From a virus (Duplodnaviria > Caudoviricetes): a DNA stretch of 62,896 nucleotides. The DNA lies in IMG/VR virus record IMGVR_UViG_3300020732_000013, positions 1-62,896 of that record. The stretch is one strand, 5' to 3'. Below the pieces are notes generated by a model. That model made no database searches. It saw nothing but the letters and a program-made list of their open reading frames with translations, and was not told the origin of the DNA. The translations under genes and the position numbers were made by a program. Below, one piece after another: positions 36,547 to 46,504 of this stretch (positions within the stretch are counted from its first letter, which is position 1; every line of letters starts with the position of its first letter).

Positions 36547-38865
36547 ATGCCAGCAGTAATTTACGACGCAGGTACACCGGGGTTTAACAACGGGACATCC
36601 AATGGTGGTGGCCCGTTGACTCCGAAGGGCCTGTTGAATGCGGGCTATGTGTTACAGGATCCTCGGGTCCGTGACACCAACGGTCGTCAGAAGATGTCTG
36701 TACACCAGAACATCTACGACGCCGACTTTGAATACGGCACGCAGCCCTTGCGTTGGGAGAACTTCACCTACTCGACAGCGAACACGGCGACGATTGTTCA
36801 GCAGCCGGGGCTTGGCGGCGTACAGATGCAGATCAGCACGGTGGGTGACATCACCATCCGTCAGTCGCGTCCGTATCATCGTTATCAGCCGGGAAAGTCG
36901 TTGTACATTGCGTCCAACGTCAATTTCGGTGGCCCCCAGTCGGGGCAGGTGCAACGTGTCGGCATCTTTGATGACGGCAACGGCATTTTCTTTGAACAGG
37001 GTGCGCCTTCGACGACTAATCCTTCGGGCATGTTCGTTGTTATTCGCTCTGACTCACAGTCGCCTACTGGCGGTGTGCCGGTCGACTCGCGTATCAGTTA
37101 CGAAAACTGGAACGGCGATCCGAGCATCAAGAACACTCTTAACTGGAACAACGTTCAGATGTTGTGGTTGGAGTACTCTTGGTATGGCGCGGGTTGTTTA
37201 CGTTGGGGCGTTTTGATCAACGGTGAACCGTATATTCTGCATCAATACGGCGCAGGTAACGGCACCAATCAGGCCCTAGGTACCGCCCAGATCCTTCCGT
37301 GGTCGCGTACGGGTAACCTCCCCGTTCGCTACGAGCAGCGTAATACATCTTCCAGTACGCCTACTGTGTTTAAGCACTTCGGCGTTTCCGTACTGGTCGA
37401 AGGCACGACTGACCGTCAGCGTGGCTTCACGTATTCGTACGGGTTGCCTTTGGCGAGTCCGGTAGTCACGGTTGCTGCGAATGCAGTTCGTTATCCGCTC
37501 CTGTCGTTCCGTATGCGAGCGATGGGACAGAGTTCGTATACGCAAGCCAACGGCGCTGTAACGACCAGTACGACAACTTCGTTGGTGGCTGCGGCGGGCA
37601 CGTTTGGTTCAGGTACGGTCACTCCATTGTCGATCACGGGTAACGGTACGACGGCTACTGTCACCGTACCAAACAACTCGGCTATGCCCGCTGTGGGCAG
37701 TCAGTTGACGTTCGTGTCGGCTGCTACGCCTTCGGGCTTTAGCACGGGTGGTCCGTTCACGATTACGGCGGTTGGACAGAATACGATCTCGTACCTTAAT
37801 TCAACTTCTGGTACCGCATCGGCTGTGGGTACGGTTTCGTACGTCGCGGGCCTTGCGGGTCGTATGCTGAACTATCAGCCCATCGTTGCAGGTACGGGAG
37901 GTCCGACGACGATTACGAGTATCACTCAGGCGTCTTCATCGTTCACGGGTAGTATCGCCGCCGGTTCGTCGAACTTGGTAGTGACGGGCGTTACCGGAAC
38001 GATCTACCCCGGCATGCTGTTAGGCACCATTACTGGCGGTACGTTCGTAGCCAGTACTAAAGTCGTTATTGTGTCTCAAGTCTCCGGTACTCCCGGCGGT
38101 GCGGGCACATACACGATCAGTCAGGTGAATACCGGAGGAACGGCGGCGACTGTCGCGGCAGCGTCTGGCGGTGCGGCGACGGTAGTTACTGGCGCAGCGC
38201 ATAACCTTACGACCTCTGATGTGGTCACGTTTGCTGGTCTTACGGCAGCATCTGGAACGATCAACGGTATTTACCCCGTTATTGCTGTACCGACAGGTAC
38301 ATCATTTGTGGTCAACATCGGCTACGGCAACGTTGTCGGTACGGTAACTGTGGGTACGGGCACTATTACGGCGCAGTACACGGCGCGTATCACGTCGAAC
38401 ACGTCCACGACGCTGACCATCCAAGATGTTGTGACGGGCTTGGCGCTGCCGTATGCACCGACGGCGGGTTGTAACTATACGGTTGGATTGATCGACCGTG
38501 GTCAGTTGCTTCCGCAGACGTTGGTCATCTCGTCTACGGCGACGTGCTACGTCGAGTTGATCGCCAGTACGCCAACGGCGCAGGTCGGCCTTGCGGGTGC
38601 GGTATTCCAACCAGAAGCGGGTCTTGGTTCGCAATACTCGTTTGCGGAACGTGATGCGTCTGCTACGGCGATGGGCGGCGGTGAAGTTGTATTCGCCTTC
38701 TCGTCCCCGCCGTCGGGTCTTCAGACGCTGGACTTGTCTTACTTCTTCCCCGTGTTGACGAATATCAAGGGCAACATCCCTGACATTCTGACGGTGGCAG
38801 TAACGACAACCAGTACAGCGGCTCCCGTGTCAGTGAACATCATCTGTCAGGAAGCGATGTCGTAA
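36547..38865 (+). CDS. Large virion surface protein (lectin-like core plus Thr/Gly-rich beta-modules)
   Basis: RQSR..RYQPGKS, RVGIFDDGNGIFFE and EYSWYGAG; repeated low-charge modules. Confidence 0.65.
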   Translation: MPAVIYDAGTPGFNNGTSNGGGPLTPKGLLNAGYVLQDPRVRDTNGRQKMSVHQNIYDADFEYGTQPLRWENFTYSTANTATIVQQPGLGGVQMQISTVGDITIRQSRPYHRYQPGKSLYIASNVNFGGPQSGQVQRVGIFDDGNGIFFEQGAPSTTNPSGMFVVIRSDSQSPTGGVPVDSRISYENWNGDPSIKNTLNWNNVQMLWLEYSWYGAGCLRWGVLINGEPYILHQYGAGNGTNQALGTAQILPWSRTGNLPVRYEQRNTSSSTPTVFKHFGVSVLVEGTTDRQRGFTYSYGLPLASPVVTVAANAVRYPLLSFRMRAMGQSSYTQANGAVTTSTTTSLVAAAGTFGSGTVTPLSITGNGTTATVTVPNNSAMPAVGSQLTFVSAATPSGFSTGGPFTITAVGQNTISYLNSTSGTASAVGTVSYVAGLAGRMLNYQPIVAGTGGPTTITSITQASSSFTGSIAAGSSNLVVTGVTGTIYPGMLLGTITGGTFVASTKVVIVSQVSGTPGGAGTYTISQVNTGGTAATVAAASGGAATVVTGAAHNLTTSDVVTFAGLTAASGTINGIYPVIAVPTGTSFVVNIGYGNVVGTVTVGTGTITAQYTARITSNTSTTLTIQDVVTGLALPYAPTAGCNYTVGLIDRGQLLPQTLVISSTATCYVELIASTPTAQVGLAGAVFQPEAGLGSQYSFAERDASATAMGGGEVVFAFSSPPSGLQTLDLSYFFPVLTNIKGNIPDILTVAVTTTSTAAPVSVNIICQEAMS

Positions 38866-38867
38866 TC

Positions 38868-39113
38868 ATGAGCGACCATAACGATACCCTGAAACACGGC
38901 CTCGACATTGCCTTTGCGGCAGTGGTAGGCGGAGCGTGGTTGAAACTGTTGCCAACGGTTTCAACCATTCTGGTCATCATTTGGTACCTGATCCGTATTT
39001 GGGAGTCAGATACGGTGAAGGCAATGACGGGTAGACCTATGTCCAATCAAGATTGGATTGACACGATGACCTTTCGGAAATACCGGGAGGCTCGCGATGC
39101 CGAGCGTGAGTAA
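38868..39113 (+). CDS. Small membrane protein, holin-like
   Basis: Hydrophobic segments ending in IIWYLIRIWESDTV. Confidence 0.55.
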   Translation: MSDHNDTLKHGLDIAFAAVVGGAWLKLLPTVSTILVIIWYLIRIWESDTVKAMTGRPMSNQDWIDTMTFRKYREARDAERE

Positions 39114-40041
39114 AAAGCAGCATAACTTTATGGCTGCGGTGGCGCACAACCCTGCCTTTGCTAAGAAGGCAGGGATCTCTCAGTCCGTCGGTAAGCATTT
39201 TTCCGACGCGGACAAGGGTCGGAAATTTAAAGAAGGCGGCGACGTGAAACACGCAAACGAGTTAGAAGGCAAGGCTAAGGAAACGAAGTCAATTGCCAAA
39301 GAAGAAATGAAGGCCCTGAAGCGTGGTCACGCGCCTAAGGAAATTATGGAACACGAAAAGGCGGAGCATAAGGCTATGGGCTACAAGAAAGGCGGTCATA
39401 TCGAAACCCCGAAGAAGGGTTTTGCGATGGCTGAGACCAAAGGTGGTCGCAAGCCACCGCACAGCAAGAAAGGCGAAGAAGGCGATACCAAACTGAAGGG
39501 TTTCGGTATGGGCAAGGGTCTCGGTAAGGGCCGTAAGGTCACCAAGGCGGCGACGCCGAAGGACGAGATGCCGACCAAGGGCTTTGCCATGAAGAAAGGT
39601 GGGCATGTAAAGAAAGAACATACCCAGCATATGGCGAAAGGTAAGAAGGTCATGGGTTCCCCCGCCCCTGCGATGCCGAAACTGAGCGCGAACCTTCAGG
39701 GCGCGTTGCAGGGCATGGGCGGTGGTCCCGGTGGCCCTCCGGGCGGGTCCCCGATGCCACAGCCGATGATGAAGAAAGGCGGTCACGTCAGTCATCATCA
39801 CCATCACCACTACGCCAAGGGCGGTCACATCAAGAAGGAACCGGAGTCGGGTCCGCACATGGTGCGTAAAGCCCATATGGCGTCGTCGAAGCCGAACCGG
39901 AAGGAAGATGGCATTGCGCAGCGTGGACACACCCGTGGCAAAGAAGTGAAAATGGCTCACGGCGGTCATGTTGGCTCGCATCCGTCTCGTCGCGCTGACG
40001 GTATCGCAGAGCGCGGTCACACCACTTGCAAGATTCGTTAA
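39097..40041 (+). CDS. Lys/His/Gly-rich basic protein with six xxxGG(H/D)(V/I) repeats
   Basis: MPSVSKKQHNFMAAVAHNP N-terminus; FKEGGDV, YKKGGHI, MKKGGHV x2, YAKGGHI and MAHGGHV. Confidence 0.75.
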   Translation: MPSVSKKQHNFMAAVAHNPAFAKKAGISQSVGKHFSDADKGRKFKEGGDVKHANELEGKAKETKSIAKEEMKALKRGHAPKEIMEHEKAEHKAMGYKKGGHIETPKKGFAMAETKGGRKPPHSKKGEEGDTKLKGFGMGKGLGKGRKVTKAATPKDEMPTKGFAMKKGGHVKKEHTQHMAKGKKVMGSPAPAMPKLSANLQGALQGMGGGPGGPPGGSPMPQPMMKKGGHVSHHHHHHYAKGGHIKKEPESGPHMVRKAHMASSKPNRKEDGIAQRGHTRGKEVKMAHGGHVGSHPSRRADGIAERGHTTCKIR

Positions 40042-40052
40042 GGAGTATCCAA

Positions 40053-40220
40053 ATGTCGAAGCATCACGAAAAACACCACGGTCATCACCCGAAGCACCAT
40101 GAGCCGAAGCACCACCCGGAGCATATGACTCCGCATGTGCATCATCACAAGCATGGTGGTCACGTTGAATCGCACAAGCCCCATCAGGAGCATGTGCGTC
40201 ACCACTTCCACGGGAAGTAA
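40053..40220 (+). CDS. 55-aa His-rich peptide (23 His)
   Basis: TAAGGAG RBS before ATG 40053; exactly fills the gap between neighbours. Confidence 0.75.
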   Translation: MSKHHEKHHGHHPKHHEPKHHPEHMTPHVHHHKHGGHVESHKPHQEHVRHHFHGK

Positions 40221-40571
40221 GTGATGATACCTTCACGGGGTATGGGGGCCATTAACCCTACAAAAATTCGTAGGAAGGACGCTGACGTCCCCGTGAAGGT
40301 TTATTGCGGCGGTGGAAAGATGGCGAAGGGCGGGTTGGCTTGGACTCGCAAGGAAGGCAAGAACCCGAAAGGCGGTTTGAACGCCAAGGGTCGGGCGTCC
40401 TACAACAAGGCACACGGGGCGCATCTCAAGGCTCCGCAACCGGAAGGTGGTCCTCGTCGGGATTCGTTTTGTGCGCGTATGAAAGGTATGAAGCGTAAAC
40501 TGACGAGCAAGAAGACGGCAAACGATCCGAACAGTCGGATCAACAAAAGCCTACGGGCGTGGAAGTGCTAA
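40221..40571 (+). CDS. Small basic conserved phage protein
   Basis: GGLNAKGR, LKAP, RRDSFCARM and DPNSRINKSLRAWKC. Confidence 0.75.
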   Translation: MMIPSRGMGAINPTKIRRKDADVPVKVYCGGGKMAKGGLAWTRKEGKNPKGGLNAKGRASYNKAHGAHLKAPQPEGGPRRDSFCARMKGMKRKLTSKKTANDPNSRINKSLRAWKC

Positions 40572-41303
40572 ATGACGGCTCCAGTCCTTTCCGGTACGAC
40601 CAACTTCAACCCCGTACTCAACGAGGTTGTAGAAGAAGCGTTTGAGCGTTGTGGCGCTGAGATTCGTTCGGGCTATGATTTCCGTACCGCAGCACGTAGC
40701 CTCAATCTGCTGTTCATGGACTGGGCCAACCGTGGCATCAATCTGTGGACGATGGATCTGTCGTATCAACAGGCGCTGCTCCCCGGTGTGGCGACGTATT
40801 ACCTCCCGTCCGATACGGTGGACTTGCTTGATCATGTGATCCGTACAGGATCTGACACGACGCAGCAGGACATCAACATCACACGCATTTCCAGTTCGAC
40901 CTACCTGATGATTCCGAACAAGAATGCTACGGGGCGTCCAATTCAGGTCTGGATCAATCGGTTGAGCGGTCAGACGGACGCAGCGGGTAGCACGACCACG
41001 TATCAGCCTACGATCACGGTGTGGCCTACGCCGGATACGTCCACGCAGTACACGTTCGTGGCGACGCGCCTACGTCGTATTCAGGATGCGGGCACTGGTA
41101 TTAACATTCAGGATATGTCGTTTCGGTTCTGGCCCGCGATGATGTCGGGCTTGGCCTATATGCTCTCTTTGAAGATTCCCGGCGCGATGGAGCGTACGGC
41201 GATGCTCAAAGAGATGTATGAGGAAGATTGGCAGCGAGCAGCGGATGAAGATCGCGAGAAGGCGGCAGTTCGGTTTGTTCCACGGGAAACATTCCTGAGA
41301 TAA
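40572..41303 (+). CDS. Head-tail connector/adaptor protein
   Basis: EEAFERCG, ARSLNLLFMDWANRGINLW and WPTPD. Confidence 0.7.
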   Translation: MTAPVLSGTTNFNPVLNEVVEEAFERCGAEIRSGYDFRTAARSLNLLFMDWANRGINLWTMDLSYQQALLPGVATYYLPSDTVDLLDHVIRTGSDTTQQDINITRISSSTYLMIPNKNATGRPIQVWINRLSGQTDAAGSTTTYQPTITVWPTPDTSTQYTFVATRLRRIQDAGTGINIQDMSFRFWPAMMSGLAYMLSLKIPGAMERTAMLKEMYEEDWQRAADEDREKAAVRFVPRETFLR

Positions 41304-41305
41304 CC

Positions 41306-42712
41306 ATGCCGAATCGGTTTTCATCTGGCAAATTCTCTATAGCGGAATGCGACCGCTGTGGGTTCCGTTACAAGTTGACGGACCTCAAGAATCTTGTCAT
41401 CAAGACCAAAAACGTCAGCATTAAGGTCTGTCCGTCGTGTTGGGATCCGGATCAACCGCAATTGCAGTTGGGTCTGTATCCCGTGAACGATCCGCAAGCG
41501 GTGCGCGAGCCGCGTCCTGACGTGAGTTATTACACCGCTGGGCCATTGATCGGTGGCGACGGCGGCAGTCGTGTCATTCAGTGGGGATGGAATCCGGTGG
41601 GCAATAGTAACCCCCTGCAACTCCCCGATATCACGAACGATTTGTCGGCTACAGCGAGTATCGGTACGGTAAATCCGATATCTATTTACGTCACGCCACC
41701 ATCCAATTTCTTGTTTGGTGCGGACAATGGATCTTTAGCCAATCCTATTTTGGATGCCTATGGCGTTTACATGGGCAACCCACTGGTTGGGTTTCAACTG
41801 TCTCCGGATCCTACGGTTGAGTATTACGTTCTGACTATAGATGGGGTTCCGTTTACGTTACATCCGGTCGGTACGGTGGGGTCGCAAGTGCCGGTTACGT
41901 ATTTCTTCACCAATGTGAATAATCAGTTGGGAGTTGCGCAACTTATAACAGGTTTTGTTCCCGGTATGGTGTTTCAGTCTTATGGGTACAGTTACAACAC
42001 ATTGAGTTTGGTTGCGTACAACGGTGATGGACAGCCAAGTATTACTCTGACTCTATCTGGCGCATCTGCGCAGGTGCCGGGATATGAGGCTTACGATGCA
42101 CCTACGTCTCCGACATCCGTTTGGTATACGACGGGTACACCTTATGCGCCAGATGGAATCAATTATGTTGTAGACGTTCTATTGGGATGGAGTCCTCCGT
42201 CCGATATGGGCGTAAACGGACCGGTTACGCAGTATCTCGTTAACGCTAATACGTCAACGTTGGTTACTGGAACACAAATAATTCTATACGCGCTTAATCT
42301 GACTATTCCTCAGAACGTCTCCATCTATCCGATGGATTCAGCGGGAGGAGACGGCGTTCCGTACGTTTTCAATCTAGTTCCCGAATACCAGAGTACCCTG
42401 TGTAATAGACCGTCGGCTCCACAGAATGGGTGGTACTCCGTTGGTACTCCATATCCCGATCCATATAATCCGGGGCAGCAGATAGTCGCTATCACATTGA
42501 ATTGGTCTGCCCCCGCAGTGCATCCTGAAGCGGTGATCAACTACGGCATCAACATAGCCCCTTTCGAGTCATATGGGGCCACGACAATTACTACGTCTGT
42601 TCCGTATAACGGACTGGAAGTCATTGAGTATCAGATTACCGCATTGACTGCGGCGCATACTGGTCCCGGCCCTGTGAGCGATCCACTCACTATCGTTGTA
42701 CAAATTACTTAA
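41306..42712 (+). CDS. Zn-ribbon protein with a C-terminal extension containing FN3-like domains
   Basis: CDRC...CPSCWDPDQPQ; LGWSPP..GPVTQY and LNWSAP..INY..YQITA..GP.S. Confidence 0.65.
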   Translation: MPNRFSSGKFSIAECDRCGFRYKLTDLKNLVIKTKNVSIKVCPSCWDPDQPQLQLGLYPVNDPQAVREPRPDVSYYTAGPLIGGDGGSRVIQWGWNPVGNSNPLQLPDITNDLSATASIGTVNPISIYVTPPSNFLFGADNGSLANPILDAYGVYMGNPLVGFQLSPDPTVEYYVLTIDGVPFTLHPVGTVGSQVPVTYFFTNVNNQLGVAQLITGFVPGMVFQSYGYSYNTLSLVAYNGDGQPSITLTLSGASAQVPGYEAYDAPTSPTSVWYTTGTPYAPDGINYVVDVLLGWSPPSDMGVNGPVTQYLVNANTSTLVTGTQIILYALNLTIPQNVSIYPMDSAGGDGVPYVFNLVPEYQSTLCNRPSAPQNGWYSVGTPYPDPYNPGQQIVAITLNWSAPAVHPEAVINYGINIAPFESYGATTITTSVPYNGLEVIEYQITALTAAHTGPGPVSDPLTIVVQIT

Positions 42713-42721
42713 GGTGATACC

Positions 42722-42868
42722 ATGAAAAAGCACAGTGGGCACGGCCCCAAAAATATTGAAGGCGTAACGGGTGAGGCCATGAAAAAACATGGTCGTAATC
42801 TTGCCCGTGCGATGAATCAAGCCAAAGGTAAGGGTCTGCACAAACATTCCGGCGGTCGGGGGCGGTAA
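42722..42868 (+). CDS. 48-aa basic peptide (not in the ORF track)
   Basis: MKKHSGHGPKNIEGVTGEAMKKHGRNLARAMNQAKGKGLHKHSGGRGR; AAGGTG RBS; TAATG coupling to the next gene. Confidence 0.65.
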   Translation: MKKHSGHGPKNIEGVTGEAMKKHGRNLARAMNQAKGKGLHKHSGGRGR

Positions 42869-43173
42869 TGACTAACAAATGGCAGGATTTCAAATTCTTC
42901 GGATGGGATGAAGATCCCATCGGGAAGTACAAGCAACCGGAGCCGAATCCGCGTACGGGTCGCGCCGGTCAGCAGGGATACCCTGTTGATGAGGTGGACA
43001 TGACCGGTACCAAGACCTACGGTCGTTGGATTCGTCCGCTCAATGGCGATAAGAAAGAGCGGATGGAGATTCGCGGCTGCAAAAACACGCAGCGTGGTAA
43101 GCGTTTTTACGAAGACGATCAAGATCGTAAGGCTCCGCGTACCAAGCCGCGTAAGCAGGTTGAGAACGGCTAA
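42868..43173 (+). CDS. Small basic hypothetical protein
   Basis: Coupled to both neighbours by TAATG. Confidence 0.65.
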   Translation: MTNKWQDFKFFGWDEDPIGKYKQPEPNPRTGRAGQQGYPVDEVDMTGTKTYGRWIRPLNGDKKERMEIRGCKNTQRGKRFYEDDQDRKAPRTKPRKQVENG

Positions 43174-43841
43174 TGGCTATCTCCTATACGGCGGGCACGT
43201 ACGGTACGAACAATAATCTCTGGCAGATGGTGCAGGATTACACGCAGAACACCGAACCCTCGTTCGTATTCAACATCCCGACGTTTGTCGAGGAAGCCGA
43301 GGAACGTATCTACAATACGGTCCAGATTCCGGCTTTGCGTAAGAGCGTCACGGGCAGTGTCACGACGGGGATCCCTTACCTTGGGCTTCCCGCTGATTAC
43401 CTTGCGCCGTTTGCAATGTCGGTGATTGATCCTATAACTGCCGCACAGTCCTTCATGTTGAACAAAGACGTGGAGTTCATTCGGCAGTCTTTCCCTACGC
43501 CTACGTCTATTGGACAACCGACTCATTACGCGCAGTTCGATACCGTGTCGTTTATTCTAGGTCCAACGCCAGATCAGACGTACACTGTCGAACTGCATTA
43601 CTATTACTACCCGCCCAGTATTGTGACGGCAAGTAATTCGTGGGTCGGTACTAATGCGTCCAACGTCCTTTTGTACGGTACGCTTCGCGAAGCGTACCTC
43701 TACATGAAGGGCGAACAAGACATGGTGCAGTACTACGAACAGAAGTATCAGGAAGGCATTCAGTTGCTCAAGGATCTTGCTGAAGGCAAGGGTCGCCGTG
43801 ATACGTATCGTAGTGGTCAGATTCGGATTAACCCGACATGA
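43173..43841 (+). CDS. Head-tail adaptor-like protein
   Basis: FVEEAEERI, LPADYL, GPTPD..Y.VELHYY and LLYGTLREA. Confidence 0.7.
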   Translation: MAISYTAGTYGTNNNLWQMVQDYTQNTEPSFVFNIPTFVEEAEERIYNTVQIPALRKSVTGSVTTGIPYLGLPADYLAPFAMSVIDPITAAQSFMLNKDVEFIRQSFPTPTSIGQPTHYAQFDTVSFILGPTPDQTYTVELHYYYYPPSIVTASNSWVGTNASNVLLYGTLREAYLYMKGEQDMVQYYEQKYQEGIQLLKDLAEGKGRRDTYRSGQIRINPT

Positions 43842-44053
43842 TTAATGAGATTGAAGCCGCATTGGGCAATGTGAAAGTCACCACGGTGGACAACTATTTT
43901 CACACGGCTGAAGATCTTGCTGAGATGGCGTTGAACGACATCATTACGGCAAGTGATGACGCGCTTCCTACGATCAAAGACGGCGTTAATCTGTATCGCG
44001 AAGCCATTCGGGCGCGGCTTGTCTATTACTTTGAGTTGGCGAGGAAACCCTGA
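43838..44053 (+). CDS. Small hypothetical structural-module protein
   Basis: Coupled by ATGA/TGATG overlaps. Confidence 0.6.
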   Translation: MINEIEAALGNVKVTTVDNYFHTAEDLAEMALNDIITASDDALPTIKDGVNLYREAIRARLVYYFELARKP

Positions 44054-44529
44054 TGACCGGCATCGTTCAAACTTTGACCACTTCATTCAAAGTGCAGTTG
44101 ATGTGCGCGGGGCATAACTTTGCGACAACGACTTCGCTTCCCGCTGCTTCACGGTACACCCAAGACATTTTCTTCATCGCGTTGTACTCCATCATAGGCG
44201 GTGCGTCATTGGATGCCACCACGACGGCGTATACGGCATCGGGAGAGATTTCTGGTACGGGATATACCGCTATGGGGCAGCAGTTGAATATCAGTGTGAC
44301 CCCGTCGAGTTTAGGTACACCCACTACCACCGCGTACATCAGTTTCGCGAATGTAACGTGGACGAACGCTTCGTTTAGTGCTGACGGAGCGCTGATCTAT
44401 AACACTTCTAACAGTAATGCTGCTGTGGGTGTGTTGAACTTTGGCAGCACTAAAACTGTGACTAATGGAACTTTTCAGATTCAATTCCCGACGGCGGGTA
44501 CCGGATCCTCTATCATTCAGATTGCTTAA
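44053..44529 (+). CDS. Conserved tail-associated protein
   Basis: TSFK..L..GHNF, IALY, GTGYTA.G, GALIYN and VLNFG..KT..GTF.IQFP. Confidence 0.7.
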   Translation: MTGIVQTLTTSFKVQLMCAGHNFATTTSLPAASRYTQDIFFIALYSIIGGASLDATTTAYTASGEISGTGYTAMGQQLNISVTPSSLGTPTTTAYISFANVTWTNASFSADGALIYNTSNSNAAVGVLNFGSTKTVTNGTFQIQFPTAGTGSSIIQIA

Positions 44530-44542
44530 GGAGCAATAGACC

Positions 44543-45130
44543 ATGCAAATTTACAACGTAGGCTTTCGTGCAATCGCCCCGTCTACCGGTGTGCCTTTGA
44601 TCACGCTCTTCACCAACGCGGCGGGTTCGTCCACCACGTCCACGGGCCGTTCGCTTCTGATTCTTGAAATCGACATTGAAGGCGCTGCCAACAGTTCCAA
44701 CTACACGGAATTGGGTTTGTATCGTCTGCTTGCTCCGACAGGTGCGGCGAGCAGCACCTTCACGGCGTCTACTACGTCGATTCCGCAGAACGTTGACCAG
44801 TTGACGGGTACCGGCGGCACGGCGGCTTCGTTGTCTCCGGCGGCGCAATGCACGGTGACCAACGGCGCTTTTGCTGCGGGTTCCACGTTCCCCGGTGGAT
44901 TCAGTGGTGTCAGTGCGTTCAACACCAACTCTCCCTTGCACGTTATTGGTTTGAACGTAAACGGTCAGCGTTACTTCTGGCGTGCGAACCCGAACTTGAG
45001 CAACGCGATTGTTGTTCCGGGTACGGGTGTTGTTAGCACGTCGCAGTACTCTGGCGCGATCAGCCTCGTGTCGATTGCGGCGGGTACGTCTCCGAACGTT
45101 TCGGGTCGTATCCAGTTTGCCGAACTGTAA
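44543..45130 (+). CDS. Beta-rich structural protein, candidate high-copy appendage subunit
   Basis: TAAGGAG RBS; followed by a hairpin; beta-sandwich-like sequence pattern. Confidence 0.6.
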   Translation: MQIYNVGFRAIAPSTGVPLITLFTNAAGSSTTSTGRSLLILEIDIEGAANSSNYTELGLYRLLAPTGAASSTFTASTTSIPQNVDQLTGTGGTAASLSPAAQCTVTNGAFAAGSTFPGGFSGVSAFNTNSPLHVIGLNVNGQRYFWRANPNLSNAIVVPGTGVVSTSQYSGAISLVSIAAGTSPNVSGRIQFAEL

Positions 45131-45151
45131 TCGGCGATTGTCGATCTGGTG

Positions 45152-45172
45152 GGGGCAGCATTATGCTGCCCC
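45152..45172 (+). terminator. Hairpin, possibly a weak terminator or mRNA stabiliser
   Basis: GGGGCAGCA-TTA-TGCTGCCCC followed by an interrupted T-rich tract. Confidence 0.55.
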
Positions 45173-45199
45173 TACTTCTGTTGTGTTTGGAGTTAAGCC

Positions 45200-46495
45200 A
45201 TGCTGTTACTGACTAGCACGTCGGATCTTGTCACCATCACAACCGGATCGGCTGGGACGGTACTTGTCCACACCTCATGGGTGGACAACGCATCCGGTAC
45301 GATTACGCCGGGGCGTACAGACACGCCTTCAATTACGACAGCGACTACAACCACTATTGTCGCAGCCCCTGCGGCGAGTACGCAGCGTAACGTCAAGAAG
45401 ATTTCGGTCTTCAACAGTAGCGCTACCGTATCTAACTTGATCACCATCACGCACACGGATGGTACGAACCCTATTACGCTCTTCTCCGCAACACTTGCTC
45501 CTAGCGAATCGGTGGAGATGGCAGACAGCGGCAACTTCCAATACTTCGATGCGACGGGCAAGCCGTATCAGACTACGGTATCGGGTGGTGCAGGTGCGTT
45601 CACGACCCTAACGGCTTCCAGTACCGTCACATTATCCCCCGCTAGCGCAAACGTCACGATCAGCCCTACCGGCACGGGCACGGTAACGATTAGCCCTGCG
45701 AGTACAGTGGCGATCAGTCCTACAGGCGCTTTGACGATTAACCCGACAGCAGCATCTACGCTTAATAACTTGTCTGTTGGTGCTACAACCCCGTCTACCG
45801 GTAGATTTACGTTTCTCGGCGCAGGTGTTGCGTCTTCTACGTCGTCTTACGTTACGGCAGCGGCGGGTACGGCGACTGTCGCGCCAATGGTTGTCACGGG
45901 TGGTACTAACCTGACCACAGCAGCGGCAGGTGCATTTGAGAACGATGCGATCTGTCCGTACTTCACGACCAATACGACGGATGGTCGAGCGATCATTTCG
46001 GCAATTCAGCAGTTCCGTTTAACGGCAAACGGTACAGCGATTTCTACGGTAAATAACTTTTTCGGCACTACGTCGAACATATCTTTAGTGTCTGGCGCGT
46101 ACTACGAAATTGATATCGAAATGTATTTTACGTGGACATATTCGACAGGTACCGGCATTTTGACATGGAACTTCACTAACTCCGCTGCGCCGACTTCTAT
46201 GAACATTCACGGTGAGTGGACTCCGGTGGGTGGTATCAACTCGACCACGGGTGCGTCGAATCTTTGCGTTGATATAGTGAACAGCACTTCTGCCGCGCAG
46301 ACTTTGACTACCGGCGCTATGACAACTACGAACACTCAATACGCGCGATTTAGAATTTTCTTGCATAACGGTACTGGAACTAGTTTGAAGATTCAGGTCA
46401 CACCCATAACGGGTTCTACCGTTACGCCTCTAGCGGGATCACGTTGGACTTCTCGTCGTATTCCGACGGGTAACACGGGCACGTTCGCCACGTAA
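45200..46495 (+). CDS. Thr/Ser-rich fibre-like structural protein
   Basis: Beta-rich N-domain, VTISP repeats, beta-sandwich-like C-terminus. Confidence 0.65.
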   Translation: MLLLTSTSDLVTITTGSAGTVLVHTSWVDNASGTITPGRTDTPSITTATTTTIVAAPAASTQRNVKKISVFNSSATVSNLITITHTDGTNPITLFSATLAPSESVEMADSGNFQYFDATGKPYQTTVSGGAGAFTTLTASSTVTLSPASANVTISPTGTGTVTISPASTVAISPTGALTINPTAASTLNNLSVGATTPSTGRFTFLGAGVASSTSSYVTAAAGTATVAPMVVTGGTNLTTAAAGAFENDAICPYFTTNTTDGRAIISAIQQFRLTANGTAISTVNNFFGTTSNISLVSGAYYEIDIEMYFTWTYSTGTGILTWNFTNSAAPTSMNIHGEWTPVGGINSTTGASNLCVDIVNSTSAAQTLTTGAMTTTNTQYARFRIFLHNGTGTSLKIQVTPITGSTVTPLAGSRWTSRRIPTGNTGTFAT

Positions 46496-46504
46496 GGAAC
46501 CGAC

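Noticed and set aside
39289-40236. Long antisense ORFs (this 315-aa one, also 34624-35349, 20925-21683 and 9714-10406)
   Set aside because: Shadow frames of GC-rich real genes, with no RBS, motifs or operon logic.
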